57,787 nucleotides of DNA, filler included, from Bipalium vagum (GCA_037834085.1; 3 parts of 3 records of this genome joined end to end with filler, not necessarily neighbours in it), one strand, 5' to 3'; shown: positions 39,451-54,149, counted from the whole stretch's first letter. The notes: generated by a model not told the origin, from the letters alone. A program made the numbers and translations.

Positions 39451-39800
39451 CAGGGTGTTTATTATGTATGTTAGCATACTTGCATTTTAAATATTTAAAC
39501 AAACGATAGAGATATAAAGTAGGTAATACTTTTTTATTTGAATAACATATTTAAAAACAAATACAATATTTAATTATATAATTTGAAGCCCGTTAATAGC
39601 TAGGCAATAGCTTAATAGAGACATCACACTTAGACTTGCTCGCTGACACATTCCAGTATGTACTTCATTACAACATGACATTTTAAAATTAACTAAATGG
39701 ATTATTAAACTTTTAATCCATATAAACAAATTGGTAATACATTTATTTTTAACTTGTAATTTAAGAATAAAGTATGTTAACATACATAATAAACACCATG
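39451..39800 (-). mobile_element. non-autonomous Tc1/mariner derivative (MITE-like) with ~30-bp TIRs
   Basis: CAGGGTGTTTATTATGTATGTTAGCATACTT at the left end pairs with AAGTATGTTAACATACATAATAAACACCATG at the right. The interior keeps the transposase C-terminus 'MCQRASLSVMSLLSYCLAING'. Confidence 0.75.
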
Positions 39801-40639
39801 TATATATCTGGACATTCTCCATCTCAAGATTACACAGAGGTTTGTTTATCGCATTATTAATAAACAGAACCAGACTTCTATTAATGAATAAACCTCACAC
39901 TGGTAAGCCATGTCTTTTAAGGACATTAGTAGTCATTAAGCCATTTAAGACTCGAGTTAACAGTAATCCAGCGGGAGAGAAAAGTTTCTGTAAAAGAGCA
40001 AATTAAAATAATCATTAAAAAGATGATAAGCGAGGAGCTATTACTTGACGCTTATCGACAAAAAGGCCACCATCTCAATCAAAGCCTGAAAAAAGTGATA
40101 CATTGAAAATCAAAGTGGCTTCTGCAGCATTTGGTGGACAAAATGTATCGTCAAAATTTATTCCCTGTCTAGCGATATTTCACAATTGAACAATATACAA
40201 ACAAACGGAATGTTAGACTGTATGCTCGCCACAGTAACGAAGTTTGGGAGAAGGTTTCTACGGTACAGAGAAGCTATAATCTGTCATCTGTCATAATTTG
40301 GTTATGTGTATCTTACTTGTGCTTCACTGCAGAAACCTATCAAAATTTGAGGATCGTCTTAAAGGACCGGTTATACTAAAACTAAATTCTGGATAAGAAA
40401 GACTTACTCATAGATTCAACAATGTTTAAAAATAATCATTACTTTTCAGAAGGATTCTGAATCACCTCATAAATCTTTGATTGATGTTCTTGAATCATAT
40501 GGAGTAAAAGATTAATCATTTTTAGAGGTTTGGAAAAGTTTATCCTACTTTAGTCACAATAGTTATTTAAAAATATATAAACATGGAATGTTCTGCTATT
40601 GAGCATTGTTTTTAATACTTGAGTGAAGATAACAGGTAA

Positions 40640-41568
40640 TCATTTTGAATAAACATATTTGAAAATTTATTGTCGTGCATAATTTTTTTTACTTCACTAA
40701 TTACCAAAGGTTACCAATTTTATTCTTTGAGTTTCACAAAATTATTTTGAAATCATATTTCAAAATATTTCGATCCCAGAATTTAAGCCTCCAAAATAGG
40801 AACCGCTCTGAACGACATTAAATTCGACGAAAATTTATTCAAGGTTATTGATCAATTTCTAAAAATGATTGAGGTGGACGATTAAGCTAAATAAAATATT
40901 TATGGCACCTGAAAAATAGAAACGTTTCTAGACTCAATGGATACAATACTATTTTCCGGAAAATAACCTAATGTAAAAATTCAATGCTTACCAATCTTCT
41001 TTCTCGGTTGAAGTTAGATTCGTTCTTGAATCGGATTGTTACCTCAGTAACTGCCAAAACAAAACCTTGGAATTATTTATACTTTGAAGTAATGAATCCC
41101 AATCAAATCATTAATAAAGTGGTTTATTGTAATCAACTTGATTTTTGAATCAGGCTCTGAAAGAAAAACGATCACTTTTGGTTAACAAAAGAAAATTCCT
41201 GTTTCATGAAGACTACGGATGTTGAAAAGGTTAAGTTAGAGAAACTGAGAATATTAGAATATGAAAAAAGGTTCATTCGCTGTATTCGCATATGCACATC
41301 TGACTACCACTAGTTCTGGAGTCTACGAAATTATTTACAAGGATTTTCTATGGATACCAGAAATGAGGTAAAAACGGAGTTGAATGAGTTACTTGAGTCG
41401 AAACCAAAGAAATTTTACAGAAAAGATATTAAAAATTTACCAGAAAGTTTGGAAAAGAGTGTACAAAACAAAGGAAAATATTTTATGAAATAGAATTTGT
41501 CGAAAAAATTGTTTATTTTAATTAAAAAGCATAAGGAAAACCCGCATGAATTATGGGATGACCTAATA
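40640..41568 (+). mobile_element. mariner remnant with 3' TIR
   Basis: The C-terminal fragment reads 'EVKTELNELLESKPKKFYRKDIKNLPESLEKSVQNKGKYF', and the end CGCATGAATTATGGGATGACCTAATA is a mariner-type TIR. Confidence 0.75.
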
Positions 41569-43196
41569 TGTTGGTTATCAATTCATACTTTTGTCTTTAT
41601 TATGGAATAAATGAAATGGTCTGATAATTTATTGTCAAAGTGTCTTATTAATGGAAAAACATAAATATTCCATATAAGGCTTATATAAGAACATATTCTG
41701 ATATTATTAAATAATAATTAAAAAATAAAAGATCTGATAATTACCAGTGCACGTCTTCTGCATATTTCAGGAAATAGAAAAAGATTTATTATTATTTTTA
41801 TTAATAAAATATAATATGAATATATTATTATTTTGTTTTTTGGTCTTTTAAAATATCGAAAATATATTAATGAAAAAGTAATTATAATTTTCATTAATTT
41901 TTCCCCATTAAACGGGTGTTGAGTTAAAAATCTATGTTTAAAACAATTTTTCAAAAAAATAATTCTTCAGAAATTCTGTTCTTTTCAATTTTTCCTTTAT
42001 TTTTAGTTTCTTTGTAATTGGATTTTCATTTCATCTATTTTAGTAGGCTTTAATCAATGTTAATATAATTAATCTTTTTATAAAATTTTATTATTTATTA
42101 TTTATTAAAAATGCTGCCTTTTTTAAAATTCAATTTTTTTTTCATATTACTGATTCTCGAAAGAAATATATTATTAAAAAAAGATAAAAGATGATAGAAT
42201 TAATTTTTTTAAAAAATTATGAAGTATTAAAATATAATAAATATATTCAATGAAGAAATAGCACAAAAGATAAGAAATATTTTTAAAAAAACTGTCATTT
42301 TTTGATCTTTTTATAATTTTTTTTAAATTCTTAATTTATAAAAATTTTCTCATTCAAATGAATTTGATTTCGTAAATCTGAATAACTAAATACATTTTGC
42401 GATCCAAGCATTCTTATATTTCCAGATCTCGTTTACTTTATTTTATTTATTTTCTCTATTTTCTTCCCCTATTTCTTAAATCAAGATTAATAAAAAGAAG
42501 ATTAATATTAAGATTAAAATTCATTGACAGCTAAAATACAGAATTTTATATCCTCCAGCCTGATTTGGCAAGTAAGAGCTGCATTCTACTCTTTTCACAA
42601 AACTCCAACGGATAATTCTTTCTTGCCGGACGTATTTTATATTGTGTAGTTTTTTTTTTAAAAATTATGAATATTTTCATTAGATAAATTTCAATAATAT
42701 ACTGGACGGTAAAAAATAAGTACATGTGATAATATTTTTATTATTAAAATATTTTAAGAAATTTCTTTTTGTTCTCATGAAAAAAGGTTGTTAAAGTTCC
42801 AAAAACTGGATAATTCTAAAGACATCCACTGAAACTGTTTATTCACAATCAAAGATTGTAATATTTTTATGTCTTAATTAAACCTAATTTAATGAATATT
42901 TTAAAGACTTCAGAAAAATACCGTAAAAATATTACAGAAGAAATTGATAAAAAACAGTTTTTGTTAAATAGAACAAATTTTTAATATTTTCACTTTTATT
43001 GTAGTAGACCTTATAATTAAATATAATAAAATTGTATTACTTTTATTTTAAATAAAATCTTAATATTTATATTTAATGTTATTATCTCAAAATATTTTTT
43101 ACTAAAAATCACGCTTTATAAAATTTGTATCTTTGATATAATCAGTTAAATTAATGTTTAAAACCATTATTACTAATATAATATAATATATTGTGA

Positions 43197-44245
43197 TATT
43201 AGATTATCTAAAGAGTTTTCGCCGATTTTATGAATAGGCGGCGAAAAACTTCTACAGATATTTGTATAAATATTTTATTTGTTTAAATATTTCAATTATT
43301 TAAATTTAATTGCCACAGCATTCAAATTGCTTAAAGAATAAATTATTAAATTAAAAAAAATTAAATTAAAAATTAAAAATTATTATTATAAAAATTTATT
43401 TATATTAAAGATAGGCATATTGATAGCTGTGAAATCGCAGTAGACCTCAGTATTCATCATCAAACCGTTTTTTAGCCATTTAAAGAAAGCTGATTTTTAA
43501 AAGAGACTGATGTTTGGATTCCGCATGATTTAACACCGAAAAATTTAATAGACAAAATTTCAATATGAAAAACATTGCTGAAAAGAAACTATCGAACCAT
43601 TTTTGAAACGTTTTATTAAGGGAGGGTCGAAAAGTAGATCAGATAGGAGAAAAAATTTAGAAAACAATCTTGGACAAAAAACTTGGTGAAATCCCACAAG
43701 CCGTGACCAAACCGGAATTGACGCCAAAGAAGGTCATGCTTTGTATCTGGTGGGATTACAATGGAATCATCTACCAAGAAATACTCCAACCAGTTCAAAA
43801 TGTTGACTTAATTTACTAGAATACAGCAGGTAATTGTAATAAAGCGGTCAGAATTTATCAATAGGAAAAGCTTTGTGTGTTCAACATGACAACGTAAGAC
43901 CACATGTGTCTTTGGTGACTCAGAAAAAGTTAAAGGATCTTGATTTGGAGTTTTGTTGCACATCTACATATAGTTCTGATATTGCACCATCAGATAATCA
44001 TTTGTTTCGTTCACTTCAGAACTTCCTTAATGGACTTCCTTGAATTCAAAAGTGGACAGCAAAAACCACTAATCAGTTTTTTAGCGAAAAATCAGAGAAG
44101 GTCTACAGTGAGGAATTCTGGCTTTACCAAAAAAATGGAAAGACATTGTAGTTCAAGATGGTGCATATGTAGTTTAATAAAGTTCTTATTATTTTTAAGA
44201 TTTTATATTGCTAAAATCGGCGGAAACGTTTTAGCAAACCAAATA
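43197..44245 (+). mobile_element. near full-length decayed mariner element with both TIRs
   Basis: TIRs are TATTAGATTATCTAAAGAGTTTTCGCCGATTT and AAATCGGCGGAAACGTTTAGCAAACCAAATA. Motifs include WIPHDL, KPELTPKKVMLCIWWD, QHDNVRPH and YSSDIAPSD. Confidence 0.85.
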
Positions 44246-44666
44246 TAATATAATAAATTTAATAATTTAGATTCAGATCCAAGTTCTAGGCATACATTTG
44301 TACAAAAGATTTTCTTTTTAAAGAATATAATACAATATCTTGAGATGAATTCGTGTTATTGAAGTTTTCTTTGTTTTTTAAAAGTTAATTGAAAAAATTT
44401 ACATCTCTCTTTAAACATTTAATCTCATTATTTTATATTTCTTGTTATGTGATCATAATATGTAAAATGATTTTAATTCGACCATACAATTAAAATAATT
44501 CATATTTTTTGCATTTTTTAAATATAACTGAGAAATATATATCTACAAGAAATGAGTTCGTTAATTATTAATTTGGGACCTTATCAAAGGCTCTGTCTAT
44601 TTTAATAATAACTGCTTTTTAATATCATTATTAATTAATACAATATTAAAAATATACTGCTGTAAG

Positions 44667-44787
44667 CATCGTTTTGGCTCAGTGATATTCCATTATCAAA
44701 TTACACTATCTGAATATATTCCAGATCGACAAGCTTTATCATTTTCTTTATTGAATCGCATCCAAATTACCCAGACAATCATATTAA
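44667..44787 (+). CDS. possible isolated exon (SEA-domain-like)
   Basis: An open AG...GT bounded segment encodes HRFGSVIFHYQITLSEYIPDRQALSFSLLNRIQITQTIIL. 'GSVI' resembles the SEA GSVVV site. Confidence 0.25.
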
Positions 44788-44850
44788 GTATCATGTAATA
44801 ATTGGCCTACTAGTTAGGCAAAATTCTCAGTAATAAAGAGATTATATATA

Positions 44851-45805
44851 CAGGGTGTCTCAAAAAGTGTTTCCGCTTTTTAAAAGTACGATTATTATTT
44901 GTCGTAAAGTACAGTAAAGGTTTGTCGTATTATAATTATCATAATAATAAATAGTATGAATAGTTTAGTGGGTCTTAAAATTAAATTTGTAATTTTATGA
45001 AATGGAAGGATTTTAAATTTATTAAAAATATCAAAATTGAAATAAAAGATATATTTGTTTTGTGAATGGTGCTTGGAAAATTACAAAGGTGAAGTACATT
45101 TTTCAAGATAATTTGTTCTGAGTGATGAGGTGAGTTTTAAATTTAATTTTTCCATCAATCACCATACCTAGTTATTTGGGCAGTTTAAGTCCACACATTA
45201 CCAACCAACTTAGCAGGAGAAACAGTGTGGGGCTGAGTAATTTAACCTTTTCTATTCAACACTACAGTAACAAGTGGAAATTATCTAAATGGCTTGCAAG
45301 AATTTTTTACAGAAGATTATGGAGATAAGGATTCTTATTTCCAGCAAGAAGGTGCACATTACCTTGAAATAATCTGCCGAACAGGTGGATTGAAAAAAAA
45401 GATTCACAGGAATTACCTCTTTGATCACCAGATCTAGTGGATTTTTTTTTCTCTGTAGACAAAGATTATATCACAATCCCAGCGACTATTGAGGAACTAA
45501 AAGTTTCCTTACAGCGAAAATGTATTAAATCTTCAAAAGAAATTAATACGAAAGTTTTCCTTGCAGTGGCTTCCAGATATCAATAAAGTTGAAACCAAGA
45601 CTATTTTCATTTTGAGCACATGTGTTATCAAATTATATACATTGATTTTATAGACTGTATCTCATAAACGTTACATAGTTTACATGTTGTTTTTCACATT
45701 TTGTAGATGGTATTTTATTAAAAGTACAAAAGGAATAATTGTATTGAATAAACAATGTAAACCATTTACTTTTAAAAGGTGGTGTCATTTTTGTGAGACT
45801 CCCTG
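44851..45805 (+). mobile_element. decayed Tc1/mariner-superfamily element with TIRs
   Basis: CAGGGTGTCTCAAAAA ... TTTTTGTGAGACTCCCTG termini with TA on the left flank. Internal motifs include 'LSDEVSF', 'YFQQEGAH' and 'SPDL'. Confidence 0.8.
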
Positions 45806-46789
45806 AATAATCATACAAAATTTCCTATACATTCATTTCATTCATTTACCCTGACAATAATGTTATTAAAGTTCTTAGTGGTATTCTGATTCTTTGTTTC
45901 ATCTTTACATTGTTTTAAATAACTGCCAAACTTTACGAAGGGTTAAAGATTGTTAAACAAATCTTAATAATACTTGGAATGATAATAGTATTGATATGTT
46001 ATTTGATATTTAATATCTTCTGAAATGAGCCACCAAAGAAAGTTGAGGAAATGAGAAGACTGCTGTTTTACGTATATGAGCAGACCAAGAGGTAGAAGTG
46101 AAATACAAAGATTATTTGTGAATAGTTATTATTCGTCATTTACTGTCCTGTCACTTGTTTTAATGAATAATTTTGTTTAATTCCTTGTCCTGTAAATTCA
46201 TTTCTGTTCTTCATTGATTATACATGTAATTGATTTTTAATGCAACATAACACAATACAGAATTCCCTTTAGCTTTTTCCAGGACCTTTATTTTTTATAA
46301 ATCTTATTACCTCTTTTTCATATTTTTGTAATAAATAATCATTAATGATTGTCAATTTTTAGAGTTCCTTTATTTAATTTTGGTGACAAAAATTATGAAA
46401 AAATTATAATATTAATGACTTAATTCATTGTGTTATGTATTTTGAATTTTTCTCTCTACACATCTTTTTTTTATAATATATTTCTTGCAAAACCTTTTTG
46501 ATATATGTTCCTTAAATATTATAATGTTGTCAACATTGAAAAAAATTTTAAAATGAGATTAAGTTTTAAAAAATTAAAGAAAATTCTTGATCATTATTTT
46601 GATTTTATTTATGTAATAGATTTAATAACTTTAATAATATTTTATTATCTTAAATTTGAGATCTGTATTTCTTATTTAAAGAACACTTTCATAGATCAAT
46701 TTTATTGTATCAAAAAATTTAAAATTTTGTTATGAAAAAATATTTTTTACAATTTTTTCTAAAATCTTTATGTATAAAATTTATAAAAA

Positions 46790-47638
46790 TGTCGGGTTTA
46801 CCCAAGACACCACCCCCCGGGAATATGTAACCAAGGAAAAACATGAAAAGGGATATATATGTTAAAAATAATAATCATAATAATAATATTCATAATTAAA
46901 GTTAATTAACAATTGAAAAACAATTAAAAATTCCCATATATTTTTATTTTGAAAATACTTAGAAAATAAAACAACCCTCCAAAAGTAATTTTTATTTTTA
47001 AAGAAGTCCAAAAGAGGTAAATTATAAATATTAATGGTCATCAGAAAATAATTTTTAGGGAATTTTAAGATTAATTTTGAGATTATTTCAAGAATAATCT
47101 CCAGTTGAAGATCAGTTCAGAAAACTATATAAGCAGAGGGATTCTAGCATAATTTCACCCTGGTAAAAATAGTTTTTATCAAAAGTTATTCGTAAAGATG
47201 ATATTTGTTTAAGAAGATTGTTATTCGCTGTTATAGAAAATATTCAAGTATATTCAGATTTTATATTGGACTATGCTTAAAATTCCCCATCAGCGGATTA
47301 TCGGTGAGCAACCGTTAGGGCTCAGACGATAACTCGGGTGTTTTAGCGGAAGATAAACCGTAAGAACTTTCTAATCTCTTTTATCTTTATTTTTTTCTAT
47401 TTGTTAAAGAATTATTAATATTGATTAATTTAGGGTACAAGTAATATTTTGTTTTAATTGAACTTTGATTATACAATAATTGATTTTTATTGGACATTAT
47501 TGTTGAGACATTATAGTTAATTAATTCATTCTTTATAATTATTGTTATTGGATTGTATTGTAACTGATTGTTATTATTTGCATCACCTAAGAGTTGGAGT
47601 CAGGTATAAATTTGATACATTAAAAAGTGAATAAAAAT
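46790..47638 (+). repeat. solo LTR of the family at 2456-3231
   Basis: Shares the 5' end, the block AACCGTTAGGGCTCAGACGATAACTCGGG and the 3' end with 2456-3231. The central segment differs and contains TATATAA. No PPT or PBS is adjacent. Confidence 0.75.
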
Positions 47639-48999
47639 AAGTTTTTATTATTTACTTTTTGATCATTTATTGTTATTATTATTTTTATTTATTATATAAT
47701 TCTCAATTCAAATTCCCATCACCCATTATGTTTGAGAGAAAATTGTCTATTCCCCAGCCTGATTCATAAGAAATAATTATAGTATTCCTTTTAAAATAAA
47801 TATAATTAATTAATTAATTGAATTTGTTTTTCTACATTAAATTAATGATCCGAAGTAATTCATTTCATTTTATTGATTTATAAAGTGAAGTTTTTTTATT
47901 GTAAATAAAATAAATTTTTATAATTAATTAAAATATTAAACTAATTTAGATTTTCACATCATTTATTATATTTTTCTTACATAATAAACAATAATTTATT
48001 TAAGAGAACTTTTCTCGTTTCATTGTAAATAAAAATAATCAAAAAACTGTTTTATTTTGTTTATTTATGTTGTACTTTATTTTTGAGTATTTATAGATTA
48101 TTATAAAGTAGATTTAATCCAATGATTTTTACATTTTACATTCTCTTATCTCGGAAAGTAAGAGGGCTTTTCACTCTTGCAGGTATTTATTTCGCTCTTT
48201 ATTTGTAAATATTTAATCAGTTCCTAGTGCCTTTTATCCTTCAGATATACAGAGTAAACATATTTCCTTTCATAATCAAAATGGATCATGAAAGGAAATG
48301 ATCTTAATTAAATAAAGGTTCATCCATCTTTATAAGCAAACAGAAAGGATGTGTGGAATATGGTTAGATTTAGAGCTTGTGTTATTCAGCAAATAGATTT
48401 GATTCATAAGCTTACTAGTTAAAAATAGATGTCGAAAAATTAGACGTGAAAAATTAGTATCAAATCGCATTTTGAACATGAGGGTCAACTTTATTTAAGA
48501 CTTACAAATTTTTATTCAAAATGTCCCGCAGAACATTTGCTTCTTGTTAGATTGAGTTAATGTAATGTCGTTAGTTTAAAAACGGAAAAACTTTTTTTTC
48601 AAGTTCTTGAGGCTACGAAATTGTTGAGGTAATGTTTAAACATCATCCAGATCTCTTAATCTATAGATATAATGAAAGATTGTAAACAAGAGGTCGGGGG
48701 GTAAAGAAAATAGGAGAATGCCAATTTGGATACGCGCACAATCATTGTGGTGTAGATTTTTACACGTATAATATTTACTTTTCGTGAAAAATGCTTTTTA
48801 TTTCTCTCGGACAATACTTGACTTAATTTTAAAATTTCTGATTCATTTCCTCAATTTGGTAGACTTAATTCTACTCGGTAATCATATAAATCTGCTTAAA
48901 GAGGCTGAAATGGAACTTACCTGTTTATCATTATCGGTATCGTTTTTTCGTCTAATTTCACTTTTTGCAAAGATCTTATTATTGACTTAGGACATGTGG

Positions 49000-49480
49000 T
49001 ACGTGTCCTAAGTACCCGAACTATGAAAGGATGCCGTTGTTCAAGGTAAACTTCTCCCACTGATGCATGAGTCTCATTCCTTGCATCAGTTATAATTCTT
49101 AGGCTCTGAAAGAAATTTCACCATTGCTTCCCTTAAATCCTCAGCCGATTCGATTTTCCTTTTTCAATTGTCGGAAAAGCCAAAAGTTACTTGGCTCAAG
49201 GTCAGTATAATATGGCGGACGTGGGACAACAGAAAGCTCAGCATTAATGGTGGCAGTGGGGAGAGAACACTTTTGTAGATTGGTGCATTGTCTTTAAAGA
49301 TCCTAGTGATAGGTCTATAGGAGTTTGTCGTACAGAGCGTGTCTCAGAGATCAGCTCACAGGAGAAAGCACTGTTTATCTTAAGGTTCTTGTCAATAAAA
49401 TTTACTTTTATGTGTCCACTACAAACATAGAAAATAGTAAGTATCAGCGTATCTGTTAGAAGTTGCTCAAAACTTGGACA
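49000..49480 (-). mobile_element. mariner remnant
   Basis: Minus-strand fragments 'KDNAP' and 'VPRPPYYTDLEPSNFWLFRQLK'. Confidence 0.65.
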
Positions 49481-52429
49481 TCATGTAAAATACAAATACA
49501 TCGTACAATCAATATTAAAAAAATCTAATATTCGTTTCCCAAAACTTTGGTTTTTTTAATTAAACTTATTAAACGGAAATATCATTTTAATTCTCTTAAA
49601 AAATTATTAATTATGCGATAATTTAAAATTCGTTTCCAAAAAATTTATGTCCGATATTGTCTACTATTACTTTTTAAATCTACTACAGTCGATGTCGAAC
49701 GATCACCTTTTGAAACCCTCTGAAACTGCTCAGTACAAATGTTTTGGCTGATTTAAAACCTTTCAAAGGTCTTTTGATTGGCAAATCAAAAACTGTTTGA
49801 CTTTAAGCTTTGGTATACTTAAAAATTATACTTATATATAATGTAATCATGAAAATTACTATCATTGGTAGATGAATTTTTTACCAGTTCTTTTTATTAA
49901 ATATTATTAGTTTATAAAGTAAAAGAATTTTTTCATAGTCAAATACTCCACATAGTGATAATATTATTTATGTTTTAATAATTTTTTTATTTATTTTAAA
50001 GTGAGAAAAAAGAATTTAATCGGTTTTCGTCAATATTGCATTGTTCTTTTTCATTTCGCTTAAATAATAATGTCTTCAATTAAAATTTGACATAAATGCT
50101 ACAGACCACACATTTCTTTAATTAAATTAATTTTTACTTTAATGTTTGTTTAATCTGTGTGACTGAGCAAATTTATTAACCTTTTTCAAAAGAGAATTGA
50201 CGATTTTCATTTTATTTTTTTATAATTTTATAAATATCGATCCCAGTAGAAAAAAACATAAAAATGAAAATATTCAAATCGTACTGAACTGTAAAATGTT
50301 ACATTCATTTCATTAAATAATTTTCTGATTTTTATTATTTTTGCTACAAAAGTCAATTGATTTTATTACACTTCGTGATAAAGTATAAGGGACTTGGTCA
50401 TGACTATAGTTTGTCATTAAAACAAGTTGTTTTAATTACTTATTGTTACTTCTGAATTTAAAATGAATTAATTAACCAATTTACCAATATACGCACAAAC
50501 GGTTTTATAAAATATTTTCAGAAGTTTCGAGTAAAGATCCGATCTATCTTGACGTTTTTTTAAAAATATTTTTGGGTTTTTGGTTAAATAATTTCATTAA
50601 AACAAAAACAATATTGTTTCACATTTTTGCGAAATTACCAGGTACGTTGACCTTTGGTACTTTCAGAGGATGAAAACATAGACTGTATTATAAAATTAAA
50701 ATTACCTAGTAACACCTTTCTATAACGTTCTGATTATAGTTACCACGTAAATTCAATTGCATGGGTTGTTGAAGAATAATAACATCAATGTTAGACAAAT
50801 TAAATAGATTGGGAATAATTCACAGGAAATGTCTGGGTATCGGAAAAATAATGAATATTGCAATAAACAATAATGGACGTTGTCTATTGGATTTTTATCC
50901 AAAATGATCATCTGAAAACAAAAGATTTTTTAGAAGATGGTTCAAGTTTATAATTTTATGATTAATGTTATGCTTAAATTATTTATAATTTTAATTAAAA
51001 AGGCACGTTAATTTTTGTTGTTTTAGTTTAGTAAATGATTATTATTATTTAGCATAAATCATCAAAAATTAAAAAATAATCTTTTATGTAAAATGAAGTT
51101 TTTTCAAGCTTAATATTTATTAAAAGCAAAGTCTTTTAGTTAATTTAGTTAATAAATTAGTTAATAATTTCACAATTTAATTATTTCCGATTACAAATAT
51201 AGATGTGATCAATAATCATTTGATCAGAACACGAATTCAAACACAAATCATAAAATGATGTTGAATTCAGTGATCCGATCAAGATTGGTCAACACAATAG
51301 TAATAATAATCGCTATAATAAACTAAGTTTGGACAACCTTAGAAAATATCATATTCAAGTCTAGATGTAAATATATTTTAATTTATGTTTAATTGTCAAC
51401 ACCACAAACATTAATGATGTCTCCAATACCAATTTGGCATGAGCACCTTAATAAATGAATAATTAATTATAAAATTAAAATAATACATAAACTGATGACT
51501 TTGATTGATTAACATAATTTTCTTAATGGTTTCCTATTTTTAAACACATCTTGTCTTTGTAATTTAAAGTTCTCTTGATTTTTTTATTTGTTTTAATATT
51601 CAATTAATTAATGTTATTTATTAATTTAATTTATTGATTAAATATATAAAATTTAACATTTTATTGTTCTTAGATATTTCAACAGATTTACAAAGATTTA
51701 TTATATAAATATTCGGCTTTGATGAAGCTTTGATATACAAATAAAAGTTACCTTAGTGAATGTATTAATTATTATCATTATCACTAGTAAACTTCAAAAG
51801 TTTACCGTCAAAAAGTGGTTTTATTTATTATATTGATTATGGTGAAATATTTGTAAAGATAAATGAAATTCTTTATCCAGAGTCGGTTGATAAAGAGGTT
51901 TGATATTTTGACACTGTCAAAACTGCCAGCAGAATTGTCTATTGAATATAGAAATATAAATTTAACATGGAAAAATTCCTTGATCAAAGCTTTAATGTAA
52001 TTTATGTTCAAATCAATTTTGTTTAAACCGCAAAATTTTTGAAAATTAAATATTAAAACATTATATATTTCATCATAATAATACATTTATATTCTTTATT
52101 TTTTTCCATCAGTTGATATATCGATATTTTTCAGAACTTTGTTTATTAGAGCGGCTTTTTTATTTGTTTAATTTACCAGTGACAATAATTGACGTCTTAC
52201 CTATGGTAAATAAAATTCTTTTGGAAAATATTATTTATTTCTGGAAAAAATATTTCTGGAGAAAGTTTTCCCCATTCCAATTTTTTATTAGTGTTAAAAT
52301 TTGTTTAAATTTGAGAAACGGGAATTATATTTAGAATTATCGGTCAAATCGCCACAAGCATGACCTTTTCCAAAATATGTAACTTTTTTCAATGCAGATA
52401 ACTTTTTTGAAAAACCATAACCTTTACTC

Positions 52430-52800
52430 AAACAATTAATTTATCGTTGAAACATTTTGTTCTTGCCCAATAGCTGGTTTTTGAATTTTTTACTTTTAAT
52501 AATTTTACTGATTATAAACTTCCAAAATTAGGCAATATCTTAAACCACTTACAGACCACATTATTTGATGTTTGGGTTTCTTCAGATATATCTTTAACGA
52601 TGGAGTCTTCACAAAAATAGAATAACACTTCTAAAAGCTTTAGTACAGACACTTCGGAATTTTATAGATTACATCTTTTCTTTATTGATGAAATTTTATA
52701 ACATGACTTTCATTTTAAAAATTTCCGTCAATCTTTGATTATTATGGATCAATTATAGGGAGCTGTTGTATTTTCCAAAGGATGCAATAGCCAATACATC
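52430..52800 (-). mobile_element. Merlin-like transposase N-terminal remnant
   Basis: 'SINSEVSVLKLLEVLFYFCEDSIVKDISEETQTSNNVVCKWFK' resembles the Merlin/ISXO2 HTH region. Confidence 0.4.
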
Positions 52801-53321
52801 TTTATTTTTATAATTTTCCTATATATCTTTAATCAGCTTAGTGACGAACTTAATTTCATAATTCATTGTACTCATAAATCCCACTTTAACTGTTAAATTC
52901 AAATAATATGTGAAACCCAAATTTATTAATTAAAACATTTATTTCAATCAATTAATTAATAATAATTACGTATTTTGAAAAAAAGTTGTGCATATTACCA
53001 TTTAAACTGATTTTAAATAAAATCAAATAATATATTTATTTATACTAATTTTATCGAAGTTATCCAATCTTTCATTTCTGTGACATGCAATAAGTCTATT
53101 TATAAATAATGATAAAATACTATCAGCTGAATATGTGTGCTGAAGATGAAATTATTCGCCATTGTCAGAAATTCATTGAAAATCTCAAATTGAACACAAT
53201 TATATGAAATTTGTTAATTTGACAAGTACTGGTTACGGGTTTATGAAAATGTAATTTCATCTGTTAAATTGTTTTGATTGGTTTTATAATATTTTTAAAA
53301 CTTTTTAAAAATAATAATAGG

Positions 53322-53455
53322 AAAGAGTGAACACATCAAAATCGGGACACATAAAAGTCTTTGTTTAAGAAAAACTTTTAGGTTTATCATTTTAAAAATT
53401 ATTCTTAATGATATAGCAGTTTGAAAGTGTCCCGATTTTGATATGTTCACCCTTT
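53322..53455. mobile_element. 134-bp MITE with ~29-bp TIRs (Tc1/mariner type)
   Basis: AAAGAGTGAACACATCAAAATCGGGACAC ... GTGTCCCGATTTTGATATGTTCACCCTTT, with 2 mismatches. Confidence 0.85.
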
Positions 53456-54149
53456 AATTAATTGTAAAGTTCTAACTAACAATACCAATGTTAATGAGCT
53501 TTTTATCACAGGTATTACACCTTTAACTTCTCTGTGATCCGAAAATATGTTTAGCTTGACATTATTTTTGTGTTTAAAAATTTTCTTAACTAATGGATTG
53601 GCCCAAGCATATCAAAATAAAACATACATTTCCTTTTTTTCAAAAAACTAATAGATATTTATCGATACAATTCATAAACCTATATGAATTCCATACGATA
53701 AGTTATTTGGATTCATTTGACAAAAAATTTATTTCAATATCGATACATTAAAATGATGGATTTATCAAATAATTGGTCTATATTTTATATATTCAACCAC
53801 ATTTAATGTAAAATATTAATAAAAAATTATATTATTATTTCCTGTAATTTTATATAATTTGTGTTTTCGTATTTATGCTTCACTTTACTTTAATAATCGA
53901 TATTGAAAAATATTTATAATTTTTTGTAATTATTATAATTTTATATTATGTGTATATTGATAGAAAGTATAAGGAATATATTATGAATTATTAAATCATT
54001 TGTTATTATCCGTTGATTTAACTTATTTTAAAAATTGATACATTTTTATAAATCTTAATGCAAATTTTAATGAAAATTTACCAATGTTGACTGACCTGAC
54101 CTATTTAACCGTCACTTTTCAATCATTAAGAGTACTCTGCTAATCCAGT

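Noticed and set aside
2456-47638. The two LTRs as ends of one ~45-kb giant retroelement enclosing Nup214
   Set aside because: The first copy is preceded by a PPT (a 3' LTR) and has no PBS after it. The copies are diverged, and they lie on different contigs separated by artificial spacers.
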